DNA of 64,000 nt, from the NCBI GenBank assembly GCA_028534125.1, contig CM052816.1:18292001-18356000 (forward strand), in the 5' to 3' direction. Positions 39,869 through 51,830 of this stretch are shown here, piece by piece. The notes under the pieces were generated by a model. It ran no database searches. It had not been told where the DNA came from and saw nothing but the letters and a program-made list of their open reading frames with translations. How positions within the stretch are numbered: the first letter of the stretch is position 1; the number at the start of each line of letters is the position of its first letter. The position numbers and the translations under genes are program-made. The stretch comes from Lama glama (Eukaryota).

Positions 39869-42800
39869 GGAGGGACTCAAGATGAAGGTGTAGGAAGACC
39901 CTGAGCTCACCTCCTCCCACAGACAAATCTATACCTACCTATGGAAAAATTCTTCCTAAAGAAGACATGAGGGCTGATGGAACAGCTACTGCACACAGAA
40001 GAATCATACAGAAACAGGTAGGAAAGACAAGAGATATGGTATCTACAGGAATCCCACCCCTAATGGACATAGCCTGCAGTAGGGAGGGATATTGCCAGGG
40101 GACTGAGCACAGACTCATTCACCCTGGAACACAGTGAGAAAAAAACAGTAGTTTAAAAGGCACCTACACTATAATGTAAGGTAATCCATTCACTAACCCT
40201 AAAGCTTCTGCCAAACAAGGAGGAAACTGCTAAAACCTTCTCCAGGGCCAGATGCACCAGTGAGTGCCACTGTTTGAGTCCCGCTGGGGTTCCCCCCAGT
40301 CCAGGCCCACTCCAGCTTCACCAAGATGGCCTCAGACACAGCACTCCCCAGGGACTTCATAAGGCCCATGCCAACTCCAGCTCCAGCTGGCTTTCCAAAG
40401 CCTCCAAGTACAAGCAGACTACACAGGTGATATTCCCATTCAAGGATACTCCTTCAAGACCAGGAGAGAGCTGTTTTGCATAATTCATGGAGCAAAACCC
40501 AAAGTCAAACAGAATGAAGAGACAGAGGAATATGTTCCAAACGAAAGAACAAAATAAAAGCCCAGGGTGAAAAACCTAAAGAAACAAGAGTAACTAACTT
40601 ACCTCATAAAGAATTCAAAGAAACTGTCATAATGATGCTCACTGAACTCTAGAAAAGAACAGAGGAACTCAGTGAGAAATTCAACAAAAACTTAGAAAAA
40701 TGTAAGAAAGAATCATCAGAAATGAAAAATACAATACGTAAAATAAAAATAAGCTAAAGAGAATCAATGGCAGATTATATACTACAAAAGAAAAGAAAAG
40801 TGATCTGGAAGACAGAATACTGGAATCACCCGATCAAAACAGCATAAAGAAGAAAGAAGTTTAAATAATGAGAACTTAAGGGACCTCTGAGACAACATCA
40901 AGCATACTAACATTCACCTGATAGGGGTCTCAGAAGGAGAAGAGAGAGAGAAAGGGACAGAACACTTATTTGAAGAAATAATGGCTAAAAACTTCCTTAA
41001 CCTTAGGGGAAGGAAACAGACATTCATATACAAGAAGCACAGAGTCCAAACAAGATGAACCCAAAGAGATCTACACCAAGACATATTATAATGAAAATGC
41101 AAAAGTTAAAGAGAGAATTTTAAAGGCAGCAAGAGAAAAACAACTAATCACATACAAGGGAAACCCCATAAGACTATCAGTTGATTTTTCAAAAGAAACT
41201 TTACAGGAAAGAATGGAGTGGCAAAATATATTTAAAGTGCTGAAAAGAAAAAACTTACAACCTAGAACACTCTATTTAAGATTATCATTCAGAATTAAAG
41301 GAGAGATAAGGAGCTTCCCCGACAACCCAAAACTACAGTATTTCATCACCACTAAACCAGCCTTACAAGAAATGTTAAAGGGTGTACTATGAGTGGAAAA
41401 GAAAGACCACAACTAGAAATAAGAAAACAAATAAAAGAAATAATCTCACTGGTAAAAGCAAATATATAGTAAAGGCGGCAGATCCACCACTTAAAAAGCT
41501 AAGTTGAAGGTAAAAAGACAAAAATAGAATGATCAACTCTAACTGTATTAAGTAGTTAAAGGATACATAAGATAAAAAGATGTATAATATTACATCAAAA
41601 ACATAAAAGGGAGGGAGTACAAATGAAGTGCTTTTAGATGCTTTCAAACCTAAGTAACTATCAGCTTAAAATACACAGCTACAAATCTAAGTCAATACAT
41701 ATGAAACACAAACCAAAAACATACAATGGATATACAAAAAATAAAGAGAAAGAGATCCAAACACAACATTAAGGAAATCCATCCACAACCAAAGAGACCA
41801 AGAGAAGACAGGAACAAAGAACGACAAAAACAACCAGAAAACAGTTAACAACATGGCAATAAGTACATACCTGTCAATAAGTACTTTAAATGTAAGTGGA
41901 CTGATTCCTCCAATCAAAAGACAGAGAGTAGATGAATGAATATTTTAAAAAGACCCATCTACATGCTGCCTACAAGAAACACCTCATATCTAAAATACAC
42001 ATAGACCAAAAGTAAAGGGATGAAAAAAAATATTCTATGCAAATGGAAAAGAAAAGACAGCCAGGATAGCACTGCTCATAATCAGACAAAACAGACTTTA
42101 AAACAAAGACTGTAACAAAAGACAAAGAAGGGCATTACATAATGACAAAGAAGAAAATCCAACAAAAGGATGTTAACATTTGTAAACATTTATAAGCCTA
42201 ATGGAGAGGCATCTAAATGTATAAAGCAAATATTAACAGAAATACGGAGAGAAAGAGACAGCAATACAATAATAGTAAGGAACTTTAATACATCACTTAT
42301 ATCATTGGACAGATCATTCAGACAGAAAATCAACAAGGAAATCACTGGCATTAAATGACAAACAGCATATTATACCAAATGGACTTTAGAGAGAACATTT
42401 CATCCTAAAGCAGTGAATACACATCTTTTTCAAGTGCACTTGGAACAGTCACCAGGAAATATCACATTTTAAAACACAAAATGAGTCTCAATAAATTTAA
42501 GAAGACTGAAATCACATCAAGCATATTTTCCGACCACAACAGTACGAAACTAGAAATCAACTACAAGAAGAAAACTGACAAAAGCACAACCATGCTTTAG
42601 TGAAGACTAAACATGCTATTAAACAATCAATGGATCAATGAAGAAATCAAAATACACCTTGAGACAAATGAAAACATAAACACAACTTTCCAAACTCTGT
42701 GGGATGTAGGAAAAGCAATTCTAAGAGCAAAGTTCACAGTGCTAAAGGCCTACCTCAAGAAATAAGAAAACTCAAGTAAACAATCTAACTGTACATTTTA

Positions 42801-45800
42801 AAATACAAGAAAAGAAGAATAAGCAAAAATCAAAGTCAGTAGAAGGAAAGAAAGAGTAAAGAGCAGAAGAGGAATAAATGACAGAGAGACTAAAAGAAAA
42901 ACATTAGAAAAGATAGATGAAAATAAGAGGTGGTTTTTTGAAGAGATAAAAAAAATCAACAAACCTTTAACAAGACTTATCAAGAAACAAGAAAAAGCCT
43001 AAATAAATGATATCACAAATGAAAGAGGAGAAATTTACAACTGACACCCAGGAAATACAGAAAAAAAGTCACAAGAAAATACAATAAACAATTATATGCC
43101 AACAAATTATACAACCTAGAAATACATAGATATATAAATTCCTAGAAACATATAATTTTCCAAGAATGAATCATGAAGAAATAGAAATTCTTAATAGACC
43201 AATTACTAGTAACAAAATTGAATGAGTAATAAAAAAAAAAACTCTCAAAAACCAAAAATCCAGGTCCAGCTGACTTCACAGGTGAATTTTCCAAACACTT
43301 ATAGAAGAGTTAATACCTATCCCTCTCAAATTATTCCAAAAAAATTAAAGAGAAAGGAAGACTTCCAAACTCATTTTAAGAGGCTACCACTGCCCTGATA
43401 CCAAAAGCAGACAAAGACACCACAAAAAAGAAAATTACAGGCCAATATCTCTGATGAGTATAAATGCAAAAAAAAAAAATCAGCAAACCAAATTCAACAA
43501 TATATTAGAAGAATCATTAAACCATGATCAAGTGGGATTCATCCCAGGGTTACAAGGACAGTTTAAGACCCATAAATCAATGTAACATGCCACATTAACA
43601 AAACTATGATCATCTCAATAGTTGCAGAAAAAGCTTTTGATAAAATTCAACATCTATTTATGAACAAAACTCTCCAGAAGTGGGCACAGAAGGAATGTAC
43701 CTCAACATAATAAAGGCCATATATGACAAACCCATAACTAACAACATACTGAAAGGTGAAAAGCTGAAAGCTTTTTTTCTAAAATCAGAAATAAGACAAG
43801 GATGCCCAGTCTCACTACTTTTATTCAACATAGTATTAGAAGTCTTAGCTACAGTAATTAGGCAAGAAAAAGAAATGAAAGACATCCAAACTGGAAAGGA
43901 AGAAGTAAAACCGTCATCTGCAGATAACATGATACTGTATTTAGAAACTCCCAAAGTCTCCACCAAAAAACTATTGGAACTAATAAATTAATTCAGTAAA
44001 GTTTCAGGATAGAAAATTAATAAACAGTAATCTGTTGCTTTTCTATACACTAATAATGAACTACCAGAAAGAGAAATGAAGGAAACAATCCCATTTACAA
44101 TTGCACCAAAAAGAATAAAATACCTAGAATAAATTTAACCATGGTGAAAGATCTGTACTTTGAAAACTACATGACATTGAGGAAAAAAAATTGAAGATGA
44201 CACAAATACATTGAAAAATAGTCCAAATTCATGGACTGGAAGAATCAGCATCATTAAAATGCCCCTGCTACTCAAAGCAGTCTACAGATACAATACAACC
44301 TATATCAAAAAGTATCAAAATACTACTGGTATTTTTTTACATAACTAGAATAAATAATCCTAAAATTTAAATGGAACCACAAAAGACCCCCAAATAGCCA
44401 AAGCAATCCTGAGAAAGAAGAACAAAGCTGAAGTATCACACTCCCAGAGTTGAAATTATACTACAAAGCTACAGTAACGAAAACAATATGGTACTGGCAC
44501 AAAAACAGACAAAAAGATCAATGGAATAGAATAGAGAGCCCAGAAATAAACCCATGTTCATCTAGTCAATTAATTTGCAACAACAGAGGCAAAAATATAC
44601 AAAGGGGAAAAGACAGTCTCTTCAATAAATGGTATTGGAAAACTGGACAGCAACTTGCAAAGGAATGTAACGGTACCATCTTATTACACCATATACAAAA
44701 GTGAACTCAAAATGGATCAGAGGCTTAAATATAAGACTTAAAGCCATAAAATTCCTACAATAAAACACAGGCAGTAACCCCTCTGATATCACTATTAGCA
44801 ATATTTTTTGGATATGTCTCCTCAGACAAGGGCAATGAAAGCAAAAATAAACAAATAGAAGTACATCAAACAAAAAAGCTTTCGTACAGTGAGAGAAACC
44901 ACCAACCAAATGAAAAGGCAACCTACTAACCGGGAAAAGACATTTGGAAATCACATATCTGATACAGGGTTGATATCCAAAATACAACTCAACCATCAAA
45001 AAAGCAAACAACCTGATTAAAAAATGGGCAGAGGACCTGAATAGACATTTTTACAAAGCAGACAAAGAGACAGACATAGGTACAGGAAAAGGTGTTCAAC
45101 ATGACTAATCATCAGGGAGATGCAAATCAAAACCACTTCATACCTGTTTAAATGGCTATTATCAAAAAGACAAGAAACAGCAAGTGCTAATGAGGATGTC
45201 ATGCACTATTGGTCAGAATGTAAACTGGTGCAGCCACTTTGGAAAATAGCATGGAGTTTCCTTAAAAAAATAAAAATTGAACTATCATATGACCCAGCCA
45301 CTCCAGTTCTAGGCATTTATCCAAAGAAAATGAAAATATTAATTTGGAAAAATATATGTACCCCTATGTTCACTGCAGCACTATTTACAACAGCCAATAT
45401 ATGGAAATAATCTAAGTGTCCATCAATAAATGAAAGGATAAAGATATGCTATATATACAGAAGTGAATATTACTCAGCCATAAAAAATAATGAAATCTTG
45501 CCTTTTGCAACAACATGGATAGACCTATAGTGTACTATACTAAGTGAAATAAGTCAGATAGGGAAAAACAAATACCATATGATTTCACTTATGCAGAATT
45601 TAAAAAACAAAACAAACAAACAAAACAGAAGCAGACTCATGGATATGGAGAACAAACTGGTGGTCATCAGAGGCGATGGGGATGGAGGAATGGGTGAAAT
45701 GGGTGAAGTGGATGAAAAGGTACAAACTTCCAGTTATAAAATAAATAAATCACGGTGGTGTAATGTACAGCATAGATAATACAGTCAATAACAATGTATC

Positions 45801-45945
45801 AACCTTGTATGGTAATGGATGGTAACTGGACTTACTGCGGTGACTGTTTCATAATGTACAAAAAACTGAATCACTATGTTATACAGCTGAAACTAATATA
45901 ATGTTGCATGGTAAATATAACTCAATTTTTTTTTGTTTTTAAAAA
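39869..45945 (+). mobile_element. Full-length but inactivated LINE-1 (laurasiatherian type, long inter-ORF spacer) with TSD
   Basis: 5' end ggagggactcaagatg. ORF1 remnant from ATG 40514 (MKRQRNMFQTKEQ) to ~41392. ORF2 remnant from ATG 41853 with EN, RT ([14 protein letters not shown]...[19 protein letters not shown]) and C-terminal fragments ([28 protein letters not shown]). 3' UTR and A-tail present. TSD aagaatgaaagct at 39852-39864 and 45946-45958. Many stops and frameshifts. Confidence 0.95.
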
Positions 45946-45958
45946 AAGAATGAAAGCT

Positions 45959-46092
45959 GGCATATGCTGAGTTTTGATTTTGTGCCAGGCACTGCTATAA
46001 GTGCTTTATGTGACTTGTCTCATTTTATCTTCACTGTAACTCTACAAGTGAGAAACTATTATCTACCTTTTTATAGGTGATAAAACTAAGGG
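45959..46092 (-). mobile_element. MIR SINE fragment adjacent to the L1 insertion site
   Basis: tgtgccaggcactgctataagtgcttta...tctcattttatcttcac...ttttataggtgataaaactaagg. Confidence 0.75.
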
Positions 46093-46185
46093 ATATACTT
46101 GGGGAATGGAATATTTGGCTTATAACACAAGAAGTTTGAACAGAAGTGGTTATGTACTGTGAGCCTATGAAAAAACAAAACTCAA

Positions 46186-46685
46186 NNNNNNNNNNNNNNN
46201 NNNNNNNNNNNNNNNNNNNNNNNNNNNNNNNNNNNNNNNNNNNNNNNNNNNNNNNNNNNNNNNNNNNNNNNNNNNNNNNNNNNNNNNNNNNNNNNNNNNN
46301 NNNNNNNNNNNNNNNNNNNNNNNNNNNNNNNNNNNNNNNNNNNNNNNNNNNNNNNNNNNNNNNNNNNNNNNNNNNNNNNNNNNNNNNNNNNNNNNNNNNN
46401 NNNNNNNNNNNNNNNNNNNNNNNNNNNNNNNNNNNNNNNNNNNNNNNNNNNNNNNNNNNNNNNNNNNNNNNNNNNNNNNNNNNNNNNNNNNNNNNNNNNN
46501 NNNNNNNNNNNNNNNNNNNNNNNNNNNNNNNNNNNNNNNNNNNNNNNNNNNNNNNNNNNNNNNNNNNNNNNNNNNNNNNNNNNNNNNNNNNNNNNNNNNN
46601 NNNNNNNNNNNNNNNNNNNNNNNNNNNNNNNNNNNNNNNNNNNNNNNNNNNNNNNNNNNNNNNNNNNNNNNNNNNNNNNNNNNNN
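46186..46685. other. Assembly gap (500 N)
   Basis: Run of N. Confidence 1.
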
Positions 46686-48556
46686 ACCTAGTTACTTCTG
46701 TGTTTCACATATTGAAAATATTTTGACATGTATGTAACTTTTTCAGATTACAAGTATTTATCCATTGAACCAAATGTTGTGTATAATATCCTCCAGAAGT
46801 GATAAATCTTTCTAATAATGAGGACATGGAAGGTTGGATCCTTCATAAAACATCATCTTATCCTATCACTCTGGAGAGCTGATTCTGACCTATCCTCAGT
46901 TTATATGTATCTATAAAATAATTAGCTCATTTCCTCCATATATATGACTGTAGTACTGTCATTGGCACACTTTTAAAAATATGGGGTATTTTTATGAGCT
47001 CATCATGAGTAGAAAAAAGAACATAGTTCATGTCAGAATTTCTCTTGGTTATTTATTAAAAACAAAATATAATAAGACTTCATTTCCATCATTATCAACT
47101 AAAAGCCACAACCTAGCATTCTTCAGAAAGTATTTCATAATTAAGAGTATCTTATTCTATATTGCTTCACTAATCACAATGATGAGGATCCCAATTAAAG
47201 GGATATTATCAGTGTCATAGCTAATCTTCTAACTTTGGGGTTGTGTAAGACACTTTTGTTGGCTTTATATATTTTGTTCTACACTTCAGTGTAATACTAA
47301 GTAGCTCTTAATTCATTAACATTTTATTTAAAATGAGTTAAACGTATTTATTGCTGATTCTAACTAAAAATAAAATTCCCTTGTCCTTCAAGTCTATAAA
47401 AAATTTAAAGGAAAAGTCTTAATGTTAAGGAAATTTCTTTATAAAATAGTATTTCGTCTAATAAAGCACAATCATTAATGCTGGAGAGCTTGTGTGGAGC
47501 CTTATAGAAATAAAAATTAGTTTGTTATCAAGCTTTTTAGAGTTTTAACCAGATAACTACTTAAACTTCTCTTAAGCAAGGAATGGAAGAAGAACACTCA
47601 AACTTACTATGCATCTCTTAAATGTGAACTCTTCCGGGTGTTTCCTATATGCTATGTCTATCAATTATTATCAGGCATTTGGGGAAAAAAGCATTATTAC
47701 CCATTTCACTAACTATTTACATATGAAAAGACTGAGATTCAGTGAGGTTAAGCATTATGCCCAAGGTCACACAGTTAACATGTGAATAAAAACTCCAGGG
47801 TCTTTCCCCACACACCATGTTGTAAGCAAAGAAAATGTTAATAGCATATTAGGGAACCAATGTAATCTGATTTGTCTATAAACCTAGAACGGCATTGTGC
47901 AAAATGTATTAAAGCCACCTCTTTAATCCTGAGTACTGTACGTGCACACAGAGACAGTCTTTAATACTGTCAGTTGTTAACCATGAATTAGTTTCAAAGA
48001 ATAAACACTCTGTTTATTAGTTCAGTGACCCAGGTAAGTTTCTTTCACACAGGCAATATTTCAATTAAGGAGGTTTCTCTCCAATCAGGCCATCAAAATA
48101 CTTTAGTGTTTAAGAACTGTAGGTCATTTGTTAACATAGCAATTGGTGAGAGTGGGGACTGTGGGGAAATGGGATTTTGCACTAGGAATTTCCTTTCAAA
48201 AAATGGAAAGCTATAAATGAGAGCTAACCCTTTTAAAGTCTTGTTACTAATATCAGACTTGATCTGCATCACTGACCTCTACCTGATCCTAGACAATGCT
48301 AAAAAGATCATCAAACAGAAGGTTAAAGTTAGAAAATGCATCAGTCACAGAAGACAAAGTTGGGTGTGACCATAAAGCATATTAAAGTAAACTACTGTTA
48401 TTCTTCGAGTTCCTCCGATTTCAGTTTTCTTCTCTTTTCCTTGGTAAACACACAGACACAACAGGTAGGAAACTAGTTCATTCCTCATTTTTCTTTCGTT
48501 TCAACAGATGAACAGTCTCTTTCAGGAGCCAGAACATGCTACGTTATATAATTGAG

Positions 48557-48558
<2 letters not shown>

Positions 48559-48592
<34 letters not shown>
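48559..48592. repeat. (GT)17 microsatellite in the TRPC7 promoter region
   Basis: Direct read of the sequence. Confidence 0.95.
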
Positions 48593-48595
<3 letters not shown>

Positions 48596-48694
48596 ATGCG
48601 CTGTTCTGGGGCATGAGGTGGGGGCAGGTAGAAATCCTGAGGAGCTGCGGTAGGAAGGCAGAGTTGCTACCTCCCTCTCAAAGCTACTGGGAGA

Positions 48695-48740
48695 GGGGGT
48701 GGGGACTATAACAACCCATCACCACGCTGCCTGCCAGTCT
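48695..48740 (+). promoter_or_regulatory. Predicted TRPC7 core promoter: GT-box GGGGGTGGGG (48695-48704), TATAA (48707-48711), Inr CCAGTCT (48734-48740)
   Basis: Motifs seen directly, with canonical -29 TATA to Inr spacing, just upstream of the exon 1 donor. Confidence 0.5.
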
Positions 48741-49032
48741 CTCACACACGGATCTTTCTCCTTCATGTTCCCTGAGAAATTTTCCCCAGATTGGGAAAAG
48801 AAGAGTAAAGCGTGTCTGCCTCGGAAGGCGAGTTTTTACTATTGGAACACAAAGGACAGTGGAGTGCGCTTTCACATTCTCGCAACTCTACTCACTCGAC
48901 CAGCTCCATACTTCAGCACCACGGAGAGCGGTATCTATCCGGCTATCACTCATGGGGAGCCAGATTTCTGCGACTCAACACCGGATTCCGGTCATTTAAA
49001 GAAGGAACAAGCCTGCGTATTTCATCCTCAAT
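48736..49032 (+). other. TRPC7: TRPC7 exon 1 (5' UTR); 5' boundary predicted
   Basis: CpG-enriched unique sequence ending at the gtaagc donor. The start is inferred from an Inr-like CCAGTCT 29 nt downstream of TATAA. Confidence 0.65.
49031..49032 (+). CDS. TRPC7: TRPC7 exon 1 coding part: first two bases (AT) of the split initiator ATG
   Basis: ...catcctcaAT|gtaagc donor at 49032/49033. Joined to exon 2, which starts G-TTG-GGG-AAC, it gives ATG TTG GGG AAC AGC (MLGNS...), the known type of TRPC7 start. Confidence 0.85.
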
Positions 49033-49789
49033 GTAAGCAGCTATGATGGTTCTCTCATTATTTTTCCAGTAGAGGTTGTCTTCTCGCTGAATATGGAATT
49101 AAACTTCTGTTTATTAGCCCTATCCCTCTTGTGCACTGCTTGGATTTTTAGATGTAAATCTGGATCTGAAGTCTTTCTTATCTGCTGGGTTGGTAAGAAG
49201 AATTTTTTTTTAACTTTTCATTTAAAGTTTAAGTTTACAAAGCCTTTCAGAAATAGACAACTCATCCTGGTAGCCCAGTCCTTTTGTACTAGAGTGTAGT
49301 TTTAATCCTAGAAGAAAGTATGTGTGTTGTTTCTTCTACTTCACTACTGGCAGCTTTTTTATTTGATTTTGTGTGTGTTGTTGTATTTATTTTAATATAA
49401 ATATGGGAGTAGGAGGAAGAAGAAGGCTATATTTTAATAAGTAGCCACTACTAAAGAACTATAGGTAGGATGAAGGAAACTATTATTTTTCTTTCCTTTT
49501 CTTTGTTGAAAACATGTCCCTTAGACATCCATTTCTTTGTAAGATGAACATGCTTTTAATGAAAGAGATGAAATCTGGCAAGGCTTTGACACAAGCTTTG
49601 AAACTCTGCAATACAGAATCTCCCTCTTTAAGTTTGAGGTTGTAAATTCGCTTAAGTATAGTTGAGTAGACATAACCAGGATGCTATTGCCATTAATTGT
49701 GATTTAAAGGCTTAATGGATTTAGGGTAGATCTGAAAGAAGCAATGATTGACCCTGTCTGGTGGTACTCAGTGAATTTTTGCCTCAGAA

Positions 49790-49802
49790 TGCCACCTGCT
49801 GG
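49790..49802 (-). promoter_or_regulatory. CTCF core-like motif in TRPC7 intron 1
   Basis: Reverse complement CCAGCAGGTGGCA matches the CCASYAGRKGGCR consensus. Confidence 0.45.
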
Positions 49803-51564
49803 TGGGTCCTATTTCTGAACACTGGGCACACACCAGATTTATGAATGAATTCACATTAAATCCAGAATATTCATTATGGATATGATTCAAACTCACTCTC
49901 TAAGATCTTCTGAACAATGACATTAGTTCAGTTATCTAACAATTTACCAAGGGTTCTATGTCACAAGTATAAGTTCACAAAAATTTACTTCTAAAAACAC
50001 TTGCTCCTAAGCTTAGGGGCATGGAGACTAGCTAACTCCTTTAGGCAGTAATTAACCCAGAAAAAAATCAAAACTACATGGAGCCTCACTGAGGCTAATT
50101 ACAGATGCATATGGTATCCCACGTGAGAGGATCTCTTGCTTAAGAAAAGCAATCATTACCATCCCCAATCCTGCCACCCGCCAACAAATATTCAGCATGT
50201 TACTTTTCTCAGTATTGTCATTTCATGATTTAAGGGTCTCTCACTTTTTTGCTAGTACACGTTCATTTCAGACTCTTGTCACAGAAATCAATAAACAATG
50301 AAAACGTTACACATATCTATTTAATTCCAAGATGAATCTTTGGGGGGAAAAATGTAACTCTTAGAACTTGTTGTTCCAGCTCTATCGCAAGCTATACACA
50401 ATGAGATACAGACATCCAGTTCCATAACCTACCAATTCCAAATAGATAAATAAGGATTTAAAAAGAAAACAGAAATAAAAGAAGCACACACAAAGCAATA
50501 GTTATACTTGGACGGCTAATTCATAAGGTAGTTTGAAAATCCTGAGAACACTCTCATCCAGAGAAGATGTCATTTGGTGAAAAATAAATTACTGATAAAA
50601 CCATTTATTAACATTCAGGAACACTGGATAATATTTTTCAATCTAAGATGCAATGGGAAAAAAATCCCACATTAGTAGAAGTGTTTGGAAAGTATACCTC
50701 AATATAATATATTGTAATAAGTAGCAGATAGGTACTTTGCTTGTTTCCTGTAGGACCTGACTGGCAAGGTGTATGAACTCATGCACGTTCATGGAGTAAA
50801 TAACTGAATATCTTTTTTAATTCAAAGTATATGTGCTATACAAGCAAATTATTTTCACTAGCTTAGGTAGGAACTTGAATGCTTTGGATCCACAATTATT
50901 ACTGCTTTGGATCCACAGTGATTATAATTGTATTAAACTAAAATAGTTAATACTATCCAATTATTACTAGAGCACTTAGTAAGCACTGTAATTTATATGT
51001 ACTATCCCACCTCAACTCCAACAGAATAAAGAAGATGATACATAGAAATAAGTTGAATGCCTCTGGAAATATATTTTAAAATTAAGGAGTATTCTGAAGT
51101 AGTGAGAATGCCTCAGTTATCTGCCCCAGTCACCCACAGTACTTAGTACATCCTCTGATATTAGCAGTCTCACCTAGCAACTTACGGACCATTATTTACA
51201 GTGAAGCTAACTGGAAACTAATTTTCCTTTGGAGCTCACACCTTATTTTAAAAGTTGTCAGTTACAAATAGGAAATAGTAGTCATAGGATTATATGGCTC
51301 TTGCATTTCTAAGGAGGACACTGGTAAACATTAACACCTCTGTTTTACTGATCTTCTTTAATAACCAACCCAAATTCAAGTATTTAAGAATTAACTTATT
51401 TGACCATGCACCAAATGCCAGGCATCCATATATCATTTACCATATACATATACAATATAAACAAGTAATTCTCCTGCTCTTAAGGATCCTGCACTCCAGT
51501 TGGAAAATCTGCAGTCTAAAAAAACTTAGAAAAAATGCAGGAAGAAGATGGATGGCAGCAGAAT

Positions 51565-51830
51565 ACCAGCTAAAAGCATGGGCTTTGAAATCAGGCAGAT
51601 GAGAACTTCTTACAGTGGGTCTACCATTCATAAACTGTGTAGCCTCACAAGTTGTGTAGTTAAAAGTGGTTAATTTATCTGAGCCTCACTTTATCATCTA
51701 TTAAATGGGAATGACAATAGCACTTATATCCTATAGTAGTTGATGAGAATTTAAAATGATAATGCATGTAAAGTATTCAGTACATGGCGCTTGCAATGTG
51801 GTTAATGTATAATAAATGTTAATCATTATA
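51565..51830 (+). mobile_element. MIR SINE (TRPC7 intron 1)
   Basis: gcatgggctttgaaatcaggcaga...tctgagcctcactttatcatctattaaatggga...ataatgcatgtaaag. Confidence 0.75.

Noticed and set aside
42170..45410. ORFs with endonuclease/reverse-transcriptase similarity as host genes or an active retroelement
   Set aside because: Fragments of a decayed L1 ORF2 with many stops, frameshifts and a mutated catalytic motif.
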